Assembly: GCA_963727525.1 (NCBI GenBank)
Contig: CAVSGO010000007.1
Coordinates: 2,016,001 to 2,080,000 of the forward strand
Direction: 5' to 3'
Length of the DNA stretch: 64,000 nucleotides
Origin: an uncultured bacterium
GTDB lineage: Bacteria > Krumholzibacteriota > Krumholzibacteriia > LZORAL124-64-63
Each line of letters begins with the position of its first letter. Within the stretch, counting starts at the first letter, position 1. Both the position numbers and the translations under genes were made by a program. The notes below the pieces were generated by a model that saw only the letters and a program-made list of their open reading frames with translations, made no database searches and was not told the origin of the DNA. Below, piece by piece: positions 19,745 through 27,787 of this stretch.

Positions 19745-20466
19745 GGTGTGGTGAACTCGCGGCGCGCGGCCTCGAGATCTGCGGCCGTGTCGACCTCGCG
19801 ACAGGCCAGCCCCGCCAGGTCGATGGGCGTCACGCCGTGGCCGGACCGGATCAGTTCAACGAAGGCCGCCTCGTAGTACTCGTTCACGCGCTGTTCCTCC
19901 TGCAGACGCCGGCGCAGCACCGGGAACAGATCCGCCACGAAGGCGGGGCCGAAGACCTCGATTCCCACCGACTCCCCCGCGGCGACGACCGGGTCCATCG
20001 CCTTCGAGAGGTCGGCCACCCGACCGTCCGGGCCGAGCCGCACCTTCATCTCCTCCGCCCCGACGGCCCCCTCCGTGCGCAACCCGAGGCGGTTCGCGGC
20101 GGGGTGTGCCAGGAGTCGGTCGATGACGCCCGCGTCGAACACGATGTCGCCGTCGAGGAGCATCATCCCCTCATCCGGCGCGCCGTCGGCGAGCATGAGC
20201 GACCAGGCGTTGTTCGTGGAGGCGAACACGGCATTGCGTGCAAAGGTGACGGCGAGGCGTGGGAAAGCGGCGGCCACGGCATCACGGATCATCGCGCCGC
20301 GATAACCGTCGACGATGGTGAACCGCGTCAGCCCGCGCGAGACGAGGATGCGCAGCGCCCGCAGCAGGATCGCCTCGCCACCGACGTCGAGAAGGCACTT
20401 GGGCCGGTCGTCAGTCAGAGGACGCAGGCGTGTCGCCTGCCCGGCGGCCAGCAGCACGACTCGCAT
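19738..20466 (-). CDS. Phosphocholine-cytidylyltransferase-like (LicC/IPCT-type) nucleotidyltransferase
   Basis: Motifs LLAAGQATRLRPLTDDRPKCLL, N..FASTNNAWSL, LDGD and EVDT..DL. Confidence 0.88.
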   Translation of the reverse strand: MRVVLLAAGQATRLRPLTDDRPKCLLDVGGEAILLRALRILVSRGLTRFTIVDGYRGAMIRDAVAAAFPRLAVTFARNAVFASTNNAWSLMLADGAPDEGMMLLDGDIVFDAGVIDRLLAHPAANRLGLRTEGAVGAEEMKVRLGPDGRVADLSKAMDPVVAAGESVGIEVFGPAFVADLFPVLRRRLQEEQRVNEYYEAAFVELIRSGHGVTPIDLAGLACREVDTAADLEAARREFTTPC

Positions 20467-21382
20467 GCAGCAATCCCTTCATGAGATCGAGCGGGGCGCG
20501 TTGGTCGGTGGCCTGGTGATCGCTGACAACGCGTAGTCCGAGCGCGACGATCCCCCAGCTCGTCCCAAAGACGAGGGCGACCCAGACATACCACGCCGGC
20601 TTGGCGAGCACGCCGGCGAGCATGATGAGCGACAGGTGCATGGTCGGCCCCATGAGCACAGCCATGCGCAGCGCGGGCAGACGGCGCCGCTTCCAGGCCG
20701 CGAGCGACTCGTCCTGCGGCAAGGCGTTCAGGGCGCAAGGTCCCGAATACCAGAGTCCGATATATGTCGCGTAGAGATGCACCAGCGCGCGCTCGGCGTG
20801 ATGGGTTCCCTCCACGCGCCAGACCTCGGCCTGCGCTCGCAATCCCAGCAGTTCCTCGCGCGGATCGCGCCGGCGCCCGTAGACGCGTTCGAGCCATTCG
20901 TTGCGGAAACGGTCGACCCGCGCGCTCCACCAGGCGAAGCTGATGCCGGCGGGTACGCCGAAGAGCCAGGCGAAACGCACGTCGCCCGTCTGCGTGGCGA
21001 TCCCGTGCAGAAGGCAGATCACGAGCGTGGCCTGGATCGTGTAGTCGGCCAGTCCATCGAGGATATACCCCACGAGCGAGCCGGACCCGCGCACGCGCGC
21101 GAGCATGCCGTCGACACAGTCGAGCACATTGGTGAGAAAGAGCAGGATGGCACCCGCCATGAGCATCGTGGGCGTGCCTTGCCAGAAACACCACGCCGAG
21201 GCGAGGCCGGGAAGGAGGCCCGCAAGGGTCACCTGATTCGGCGTGATGGCGGTGGGCGCCAGGATCTTGACCAGGACGAACGCCAGCGGACGGTACACGA
21301 CCAGGTCCAGCGGCTCCTCGAGCTCGGGCGCCTTGAGCATGGCCTCGTACTCGGCGACCCAGCGACGCCAGAACGACATCAC
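20411..21382 (-). CDS. CDP-alcohol phosphatidyltransferase family protein
   Basis: ITPNQVT plus the exact signature DxxDGxxAR-x8-G-x3-D-x3-D (DCVDGMLARVRGSGSLVGYILDGLAD). Several TM helices. Confidence 0.92.
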   Translation of the reverse strand: MMSFWRRWVAEYEAMLKAPELEEPLDLVVYRPLAFVLVKILAPTAITPNQVTLAGLLPGLASAWCFWQGTPTMLMAGAILLFLTNVLDCVDGMLARVRGSGSLVGYILDGLADYTIQATLVICLLHGIATQTGDVRFAWLFGVPAGISFAWWSARVDRFRNEWLERVYGRRRDPREELLGLRAQAEVWRVEGTHHAERALVHLYATYIGLWYSGPCALNALPQDESLAAWKRRRLPALRMAVLMGPTMHLSLIMLAGVLAKPAWYVWVALVFGTSWGIVALGLRVVSDHQATDQRAPLDLMKGLLHASRAAGRRAGDTPASSD

Positions 21383-22467
21383 GCGGCGCCTCCGGCCACG
21401 GCGTGGCGCACGGCAGGCATGGCCATGGCCTCCCCGATCGCAGTGAGCAGCCTCTCGTTCTCCGTCTCGGTGCCGAGACTGATACGCGCGTGGTTCAGAA
21501 ACGCCGGCTCGGTGAAGAACTTCACGATGAGGCCCTGCGCGTCGAGTTCACGCTTGAGCAGCGGCATCACCGCGGCCGGAAACTTCACGAGCACGAAATT
21601 CGCCTCGCTCTGGTAAATCTCGCACCCCGGACACGACCGGAACAGTTCGTAGAATCGCCGCCGGTCGCTCGCCATGCGGTGGGCGATGTCCTCGTAGTAG
21701 AGCGGGCTATCGAGCGCCGCGAGGGCGAGACGCTCGGAGAGGCGATTGTAACCGAGGTTGCGCGCGCAGAACTTCTGGAATGTCCCCAGACCACGGCCGG
21801 CGATGCCATAACCGATGCGCACACCCGCCAGCGCGTACAGCTTGCTGAAGGTGCGCATGATCAGCAGGTTGTCATAGCGATCGGTGAGGTCGCCGAAGTC
21901 GTCCAACTCGCCCGGCCTGAGGCCGAAGTATGCCTGGTCGAGCACGAACGGCACGTCGCGATAGACGTCGAGGAGTCGCAGCAGATCGGCGCGGCTCAGG
22001 ACGTTGCCGGTGGGATTGTTCGGCGATGCGACGAGGACGAGAGCGGGATTCGCCGCTTCGCGCAGCCTCATGAGCGCATCGATGTCGTACTCGTAGTGAG
22101 CCGCGGTCGCGCACAGCGGATACTCGACGGTCACGCCCCCCACCTCGTCGGCCACGGCCCGGTAGTACCACCAGGACGCGGACGGAATGAGGATAGACTG
22201 TCCGGCCGCGACGAAGTGGTGCACCGCTTCCTTGAGCAGGTCCTCGCATCCGTAGCCGAGGATGATCCTCGGCTCGTCGACGCCATGGTCCCGAGCGAGG
22301 CGCGTCGATAGTTCACTGTACACGCCCTGCTTGAAAGCGCGGGTGTAATTGAACAGCAGTTCCGGCTCGGCGCCTTGCAGCACGTCGAAGCAAGCCGGTG
22401 CAGGGCCGTAACGGTTCTCGTTGCGATCGAAAAGAACGACGGTCGACGCTGGCATGATTGACCTCAT
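21379..22467 (-). CDS. PLP-dependent class I/II enzyme (HisC/CobD-like aminotransferase or phospho-amino-acid decarboxylase)
   Basis: Motifs DRNEN.YGP, SPNNPTG, LDQAY, RTFSKLYALAGVRIGY (PLP lysine), ANFVL and RISLGT. The start could be 22455. Confidence 0.88.
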   Translation of the reverse strand: MRSIMPASTVVLFDRNENRYGPAPACFDVLQGAEPELLFNYTRAFKQGVYSELSTRLARDHGVDEPRIILGYGCEDLLKEAVHHFVAAGQSILIPSASWWYYRAVADEVGGVTVEYPLCATAAHYEYDIDALMRLREAANPALVLVASPNNPTGNVLSRADLLRLLDVYRDVPFVLDQAYFGLRPGELDDFGDLTDRYDNLLIMRTFSKLYALAGVRIGYGIAGRGLGTFQKFCARNLGYNRLSERLALAALDSPLYYEDIAHRMASDRRRFYELFRSCPGCEIYQSEANFVLVKFPAAVMPLLKRELDAQGLIVKFFTEPAFLNHARISLGTETENERLLTAIGEAMAMPAVRHAVAGGAA

Positions 22468-22653
22468 CGCCGCGAGGGCGGATGTTTGGCCACGGCACGA
22501 GACCCGCGCACGAAGTTCACCATCGCGGGTCCGAAGTCGCTTCCGAGGCCGGGTCCAACACCTGAACCGCCATGAAGTTGCAAGGGCGCGCCGGAAATTT
22601 CATCAAAAAAAAATTACTGGCTGCCAATCGCACGGGCAATCTCTTCCGATCCT

Positions 22654-22669
22654 TGCAAGTTCCGCGCCC
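22654..22669 (-). promoter_or_regulatory. Sigma54-like -24/-12 promoter
   Basis: The minus strand reads GGGCGCGGAACTTGCA, matching TGGCACG-N4-TTGCW with correct GG/GC spacing. It points into the PLP/CDP operon and is flanked by AT-rich DNA. Confidence 0.45.
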
Positions 22670-22789
22670 ACCTGGTCGCAATGACGCACCGGCGCACGTC
22701 GGCAAGCGGCACGCCGCCGAAGCACGTAAATCCCATTAGTAAAATCTGTTATGGATAGCGACGGCGGGCGCAGACCCCGAAACGGCGGC

Positions 22790-22818
22790 GAGCCGGCCGG
22801 TCCGCCGCCGGCCGGTTC
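22790..22818. terminator. GC-rich hairpin downstream of the DUF2239 gene
   Basis: GAGCCGGCCGG-N7-CCGGCCGGTTC forms an 11-bp stem with one imperfect pair. No clear U-tract. Confidence 0.3.
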
Positions 22819-22880
22819 GACGGATGATCCGGTCGCCAGGCACGACGCGCGCGAGGCCGCTGCGCCGCTGCGGCGCGCGC

Positions 22881-23480
22881 TCAACCCTGGCGCGGGGCCG
22901 CGCCGGCCCCCTCCTCGCCGACGATCGCCAGTACCTGGGCCCGGATATCGGGCGGCCAGGCGTCGATCCGAGCGGCCACGCCCGGGAGATCCCAGGCATA
23001 GAGCGCACGGATCGCCTCCTCGTACCCCTCGCGATCGCCGGCCAGGGCGAGCATGGTGCGGTACGCGACGTCCTGGCGTCGGCGCACATCGGCACTGGCC
23101 TGATTCTGCTTGCGCGCCGCCTCCACGAGTTTGCGCAGCGTGACCGATGCACCTCCTGGCTGTGCACTCACCCAGTCCCAGTGGCGCGGCAGCAGCGTCA
23201 CCTCGCGCGCGACCACGCCCAGGCGCGGTCGACCGCGATTGCTACGCTCGGCGGCGGCTCGCTCGGCCTCCTGGCGGAGGCGCACGCGGTCGGCGACCTC
23301 GTCGGGGGTTCCGCGCAGGTCGAGGTCGACAGCGCGTCCATTCGCGCCATCGAGTACGAGGACGGCTTCCGATTCACCGGCGTCGAGACACTCGCGCACG
23401 GTGCGGGCGACATCGGCGAGGTCGCCGGCGGCGATGCGACGCGCCCCGGCAAAGGCGACGTAGGCGGGATTTGCGGGCAT
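22881..23480 (-). CDS. DUF2239 family protein
   Basis: YVAFAG.RRIA.G, VDLDLRG and RGRPRLGVVAREVTLLPRHW.W...QPGGASVTLRKLVE..R, then AY..M.ALAGD..GYEEA.RALYA. Confidence 0.9.
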   Translation of the reverse strand: MPANPAYVAFAGARRIAAGDLADVARTVRECLDAGESEAVLVLDGANGRAVDLDLRGTPDEVADRVRLRQEAERAAAERSNRGRPRLGVVAREVTLLPRHWDWVSAQPGGASVTLRKLVEAARKQNQASADVRRRQDVAYRTMLALAGDREGYEEAIRALYAWDLPGVAARIDAWPPDIRAQVLAIVGEEGAGAAPRQG

Positions 23481-23526
23481 GGCGTGTCCAATCTGGCTCG
23501 AGTTCTGGTTGCGTCCATACCCCAAT

Positions 23527-23570
23527 TTATACCCGGACATTATTGCAATGTCAATAATGCCCGGGTAAAA
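23527..23570. promoter_or_regulatory. 19-bp inverted repeat (putative operator) upstream of DUF2239
   Basis: TTATACCCGGACATTATTG-N6-CAATAATGCCCGGGTAAAA, 17/19 complementary, in an AT-rich island about 47 bp before the start codon. Confidence 0.7.
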
Positions 23571-23588
23571 ACCGAAGATCTGCCTTCG

Positions 23589-24197
23589 TCATTCCTCGTC
23601 GGGATAGAGAAACCCCAGGCAGACCGGACACAACCCGTGGCTGATCTGGAGACCGTGGTCGTTCAGCCAGGACGGGATCCAGTCCCAGCGCTGCGGCTGC
23701 GTGCGGTTGAGGAAGCGCCGGCAGGTGGCGCACTGGCAGACCACGCCGTCACGATCCTGGTAGACGTCGGGCGCGGGTGCGCAGGGGCGGTGGGTGACGG
23801 GATCGTGCGTGTGCTCGACGCGCAGGGAGTTCACGACAAGCAGTCCTTCGCGCTCGCCCAGGGGATACGCGGTCTGGCGAAACAGTCGGTAGGTCCGGTC
23901 GCTGGAGCACTCGTAGTCGTGGGACCAGGGGTCATCGCCACGCAGGCAGTTGTGGTAGGCGTCGCGATAAAATGTCAACAGCGGCTCCGGCAACGCGTCG
24001 GCGATGCTCCGGCCGAGGGCCCAGCGGTGCGTGATCGCCGGCTCGCCGCCGTTCTCGCGGGCAAAGCGGTACCACGCGGGATTCACCCAGGCGAGCGTGA
24101 GATCGGGCCATAGTCCATAGGCGACGCCGTCTTGCTTCTCGAGGTCTCCCAGGTCGAAACCGCGTAGCAGGACCTGGAAATCGCGTCCCGTCATCAT
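23589..24197 (-). CDS. Hypothetical protein: PAS-like domain plus C-terminal Cys/His metal-binding motif
   Basis: LAWVNPAW.RFA.ENG and YECSS....RLF (PAS-like), followed by CQCATCRR...W...SHGLCPVC. Confidence 0.7.
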   Translation of the reverse strand: MMTGRDFQVLLRGFDLGDLEKQDGVAYGLWPDLTLAWVNPAWYRFARENGGEPAITHRWALGRSIADALPEPLLTFYRDAYHNCLRGDDPWSHDYECSSDRTYRLFRQTAYPLGEREGLLVVNSLRVEHTHDPVTHRPCAPAPDVYQDRDGVVCQCATCRRFLNRTQPQRWDWIPSWLNDHGLQISHGLCPVCLGFLYPDEE

Positions 24198-24225
24198 TCG
24201 CCTCGCTCGCCAGGTTCGGTGGCGT

Positions 24226-25581
24226 TCAGCTCTCGATCAGCGTCAGGAGCGCCTTCGTCTGCTCGCGCATGAGATCGACGTCGCCCCGGCTCTCAACGTT
24301 GAGCCGCAGCAGCGGCTCGGTGTTGCTCATGCGGAGGTTGAAGCGCCACTGCGCGAATTCGCACGACAGGCCGTCCGTGTGGTCGACGGCGCTGGCCTGC
24401 GGTCCGTAGGTTGCCTCGATGTGCGCGATCACACGAGCCGGATCGGCGACCTCGCGGTTGATCTCGCCGCTCGCCGGGTACGCGCGCTGCATCGCGCCCA
24501 CCAGGGCCGAGAGCGGATCGCCGGTGCGGCTCATCTCCTGCAAGACGAGCAGCCAAGGCAGCATGCCGCTGTCGCAGTAGGTGAAGCGGCGGAAGTAGTG
24601 GTGGGCGCTCATCTCGCCTCCGTACACCGCATCTTCGCGCCGCATGCGCTCCTTCATGAACGCATGTCCGGTCTTGTTCATCACCGGTACGCCGCCGGCC
24701 GCCCGCACGACGTCGATGGTGTTCCACGTCAGGCGCGGGTCGTGCACGATGGCCGACCCGGGCGCCTCACGCAGTGCGGCACGCGCGAGCAATCCCACGA
24801 GGTAATAACCCTCGATGAACGCGCCGTGTTCGTCGAAGAAGAAGCAGCGGTCGAAGTCGCCATCCCACGCAAGCCCGACGTCGGCGTCGTGTTCCCGCAC
24901 CGCGGCAGCCGTGGCGCTGCGGTTCCCGGGCAGCAACGGGTTGGGGATACCGTGGGGAAACCTGCCGTCGGGCTCGTCGCGTACATGGACGCATGCCAGC
25001 GGCAGGTGGGCGGCGAGCGCCCGCATCACCGGCCCCGCGCAGCCGTTGCCGCCGTCGGCGACCACGCGCAGGGGGCGCAACCGGTCGACGTCCACGGCCT
25101 CGAGCAGCGAGGCCACGTAGTCGGCCAGGACGTCCGCCTCCTCGTACCGGCCACGCGTCCCGGCCGGTGCCGGTGCGGACTCCAGGACCAGAGCCCCGAT
25201 CTCGTCGAGGCCGGTGTCGCCGCTGATCGGCCGCGCCTCGGCGCGCACCAGCTTCATGCCGTTGTAATCCATCGGATTGTGGCTCGCAGTGACCATGATG
25301 CCGCCGTCGAGGTGGTGGGCGGCCGTGGTCCAGTACACCATCTCGGTGCCGCAGAGGCCGATGTCCACGACATCCGCGCCGGCGGCGCGCATGCCGTCGA
25401 TGACGGCCGCCGCGAGCGCGCCGCTACTGAGCCGGCAATCGCGGCCCACGCAGAGCCGGCGGGCGGCGAGGAAGCGGGCGGTGGCATGCCCGATACGTCG
25501 CGCGAGATCGGCGTCGAGCTGGTCGGGTACGCGGCCGCGGATGTCGTAGGCCTTGAAGCAGGCGGGTTTGCCGGGCGGCAT
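24226..25581 (-). CDS. manB: Phosphomannomutase/phosphoglucomutase (CpsG/ManB type)
   Basis: Motifs FKAYDIRG, TASHNP (phosphoserine), DGDFDR (metal), GEMSAH and LRMSNTEPLLRLNVE. Confidence 0.93.
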   Translation of the reverse strand: MPPGKPACFKAYDIRGRVPDQLDADLARRIGHATARFLAARRLCVGRDCRLSSGALAAAVIDGMRAAGADVVDIGLCGTEMVYWTTAAHHLDGGIMVTASHNPMDYNGMKLVRAEARPISGDTGLDEIGALVLESAPAPAGTRGRYEEADVLADYVASLLEAVDVDRLRPLRVVADGGNGCAGPVMRALAAHLPLACVHVRDEPDGRFPHGIPNPLLPGNRSATAAAVREHDADVGLAWDGDFDRCFFFDEHGAFIEGYYLVGLLARAALREAPGSAIVHDPRLTWNTIDVVRAAGGVPVMNKTGHAFMKERMRREDAVYGGEMSAHHYFRRFTYCDSGMLPWLLVLQEMSRTGDPLSALVGAMQRAYPASGEINREVADPARVIAHIEATYGPQASAVDHTDGLSCEFAQWRFNLRMSNTEPLLRLNVESRGDVDLMREQTKALLTLIES

Positions 25582-25727
25582 CGGAGCGCTCCTGGGGCTG
25601 GGGCGGTCGGCAGGTCGCGGGACTCGCAGATAATAGTGGCACAGGAGTGCGCCATCGGCCACCATGGAGCGATTCGACGAACGGGGCCGGCAGCGCCGGC
25701 CTGTCCCAGGTCTCGAGGAGGACGACC

Positions 25728-26474
25728 ATGCGCATCGTGAGTTCCGCCATCCTGATCGCCGGCCTGCTAGCCGTAGCCGGATGCGTGCAGATGCACTCCA
25801 GCATCACCATCAACGCCGACGGCTCGGGTGTGTGCTCCATGACCTACAGCATGAGCAAGGACGTGGCCGACGCGCTCAAGGATATGGGCAGCATGGGCGG
25901 CCAGGACAAGGAAGCCCCCACGCTGGACGATTTCGACAAGGCCAAGATGGAGAAGGCCGCGGCCGCCAACGGCGTCAAGGTCAAGAAGTTCGACCGCAAG
26001 ACCGCGGATGGGCGCGATACTCTCGCCATGGAGCTGGAGTTCAAGGACATCACCGGCCTGTCGCGCGTGCTGAACACGGGCGACGAGGAAGACAAGGTCA
26101 TGAAGATCTTCAAGACGCCGGAGGGCAACTACGTGCTCAAGTCCGTGCCCGACGACAACCCGCCGGCCCGGGACAAGGCCGAGGAGCCGGAATCGGACTC
26201 CGAGGACGCCAAGGAGGCGTCGCCGGAGGACGTGCAGAAGTCGATGGCAGTGATGGGCAAGCTCATGCAGTCGATGAGCGAGCTGGATGTGCGGATGGAA
26301 GTGGCCGTGCCCGGCGACATCGTCAGCAGCAACGCTCCCGAGACTGACGGTCGGACCTCGATCTGGGCCATCAACTCGGCTAACATGATGCAGGCCCAGA
26401 ACATGGAGATGGAGCCGGAGATCGTCTTCTCGGGCAAGGGCGTGAAGATCGACGCCCCCGCTCTGCCGCAATAA
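25728..26474 (+). CDS. Lipoprotein of unknown function (LppM-like)
   Basis: GAGGAGG RBS, lipobox VAGC, I.INADGSG and V.VPGDIVSSNA...GRT..W. Confidence 0.72.
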   Translation: MRIVSSAILIAGLLAVAGCVQMHSSITINADGSGVCSMTYSMSKDVADALKDMGSMGGQDKEAPTLDDFDKAKMEKAAAANGVKVKKFDRKTADGRDTLAMELEFKDITGLSRVLNTGDEEDKVMKIFKTPEGNYVLKSVPDDNPPARDKAEEPESDSEDAKEASPEDVQKSMAVMGKLMQSMSELDVRMEVAVPGDIVSSNAPETDGRTSIWAINSANMMQAQNMEMEPEIVFSGKGVKIDAPALPQ

Positions 26475-26503
26475 CTCTCCGCAATAACTCTCGCAAAGCG
26501 ATC

Positions 26504-26539
26504 GCAGGGGGCAGCGCACGCGTAGGCGCTGCCCCCTGC
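26504..26539. terminator. Perfect 14-bp hairpin between convergent genes (probable bidirectional terminator)
   Basis: GCAGGGGGCAGCGC-N8-GCGCTGCCCCCTGC. Confidence 0.6.
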
Positions 26540-26575
26540 TCGTGAAGCGGACCGCAAGCAAACCTGTGGTCGTGA

Positions 26576-27094
26576 CTACGTGGCCGACGGGTTCGGCGCG
26601 GAGGCCGCGACCCGACCGCCCAGCTCGCGGTCGATCATGAACAGCCCGGCGCCCTGCTCGCCCACGAGCTGCACCTTGGCGACGATGGCCTCGACCGTCG
26701 CCTCCTCCTCCACCTGCTCCCCGACGAACCACTCCAGCATCGCGTGCGTGGCATGGTCTTTCAGCTCGACGGCGAGGGTGGCCAGGTCGTTGATCCGCTG
26801 CGAGACCATGCGCTCGTGATCACGCGCGGCCTCGAAGACGGCGAGCGTCGAGTCCCAGTTCTGGGTCGGCTTGGCGATGGTGTCCAGCGCCACGTTGCCC
26901 CCGCGATCCACGATGTAGCGGTAGAACTTGAGCGCGTGTTGCTGCTCCTCCTGGTACTGGACGAGCATCCAGTTCGCCATGCCTGCGAGGCCGCGATTCT
27001 CGAAATAAGCCGCCATCGCGAGATAGAGATAGGCCGAGTAGGCCTCGGCGTTGATCTGTTCGTTCAGAGCCTTCTGCATGCGATCGCTCAGCAA
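26576..27094 (-). CDS. ftnA: Non-heme ferritin
   Basis: ALNEQINAE.YSAYLYLAM, Q..EE..HA.K, HE..V, L.WFV.EQVEEE. TTG start after GAGGAGG. Confidence 0.93.
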   Translation of the reverse strand: MLSDRMQKALNEQINAEAYSAYLYLAMAAYFENRGLAGMANWMLVQYQEEQQHALKFYRYIVDRGGNVALDTIAKPTQNWDSTLAVFEAARDHERMVSQRINDLATLAVELKDHATHAMLEWFVGEQVEEEATVEAIVAKVQLVGEQGAGLFMIDRELGGRVAASAPNPSAT

Positions 27095-27130
27095 GGTGAT
27101 CCTCCTCGAATGGGGTCGGCGTCTCGTCGC

Positions 27131-27568
27131 TCAGGCCGTGGCATCCTGGTTACCGGCCAGTTCGACCATCTTGTTCAGCAGAAACTCGTGCTTCTCCTCC
27201 TCGAGACGCAGGTAAGTGAGCAGGAGCTCCTGGATCTCCAGACCATGCCCCTCCAGCGCAACCAGGCTGGTGCGCGCGAGCCGGACGGTTTCCTTCTCCA
27301 TGGCCGCGTGCGACTGGAGCTTCGCCCAGACCTCTCCGAGGTCGGCGGCGTCGAGATTGAGCACGCGCGACTGGAGACTGTCGATGAGCATCTGCTCGAC
27401 GCGGTGGTGCATCTGGCTGTCGCGCTGGATGATCTCCATGAGAATACAGAGCAGCGGGTGGTTCGTCGACTCGATCACGCTGCCCGTGAGGGTGATGGTC
27501 GCGTTCTCGATCTTCTGCCACTGCCGGAGATTCTCGACGAGTTGCTGCTGCAGTTCCCGTGTCGACAT
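27131..27568 (-). CDS. Ferritin-like four-helix-bundle protein
   Basis: GGAGGT RBS. Pattern IEN...IQRDSQMH...MEKE...EEEKH resembles di-iron ligand helices. Confidence 0.65.
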   Translation of the reverse strand: MSTRELQQQLVENLRQWQKIENATITLTGSVIESTNHPLLCILMEIIQRDSQMHHRVEQMLIDSLQSRVLNLDAADLGEVWAKLQSHAAMEKETVRLARTSLVALEGHGLEIQELLLTYLRLEEEKHEFLLNKMVELAGNQDATA

Positions 27569-27787
27569 GCCGCACCTCCCGCCCGGCGGGTCGGCGACGT
27601 TGCCACCCGCATCGTGAGAATGGTAGTCCAGCGCGGCAGCACGGCAAACCTCGAAGTCGGGGCGAGCGAGCGTTTGCCGGGAAAACCACAATTGCGCCGC
27701 GTTTTCATTTCCCTATCATGTGGCGCAATGCCCACTCGGCGCCCTCTGCGGCGCCGTCGCCCCCCTGTGACCCGAAAGGACCTTCTG

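Noticed and set aside
21379-22467. Annotation as hisC or cobD
   Set aside because: The fold matches, but no histidine or cobalamin genes are nearby and the gene is coupled to CDP-transfer genes. The substrate is left open.
26744-27787. Apparent 350-aa N-terminal extension of E1 alpha
   Set aside because: It is antisense to ferritin and the ferritin-like gene. The real start at 27788 has an RBS.
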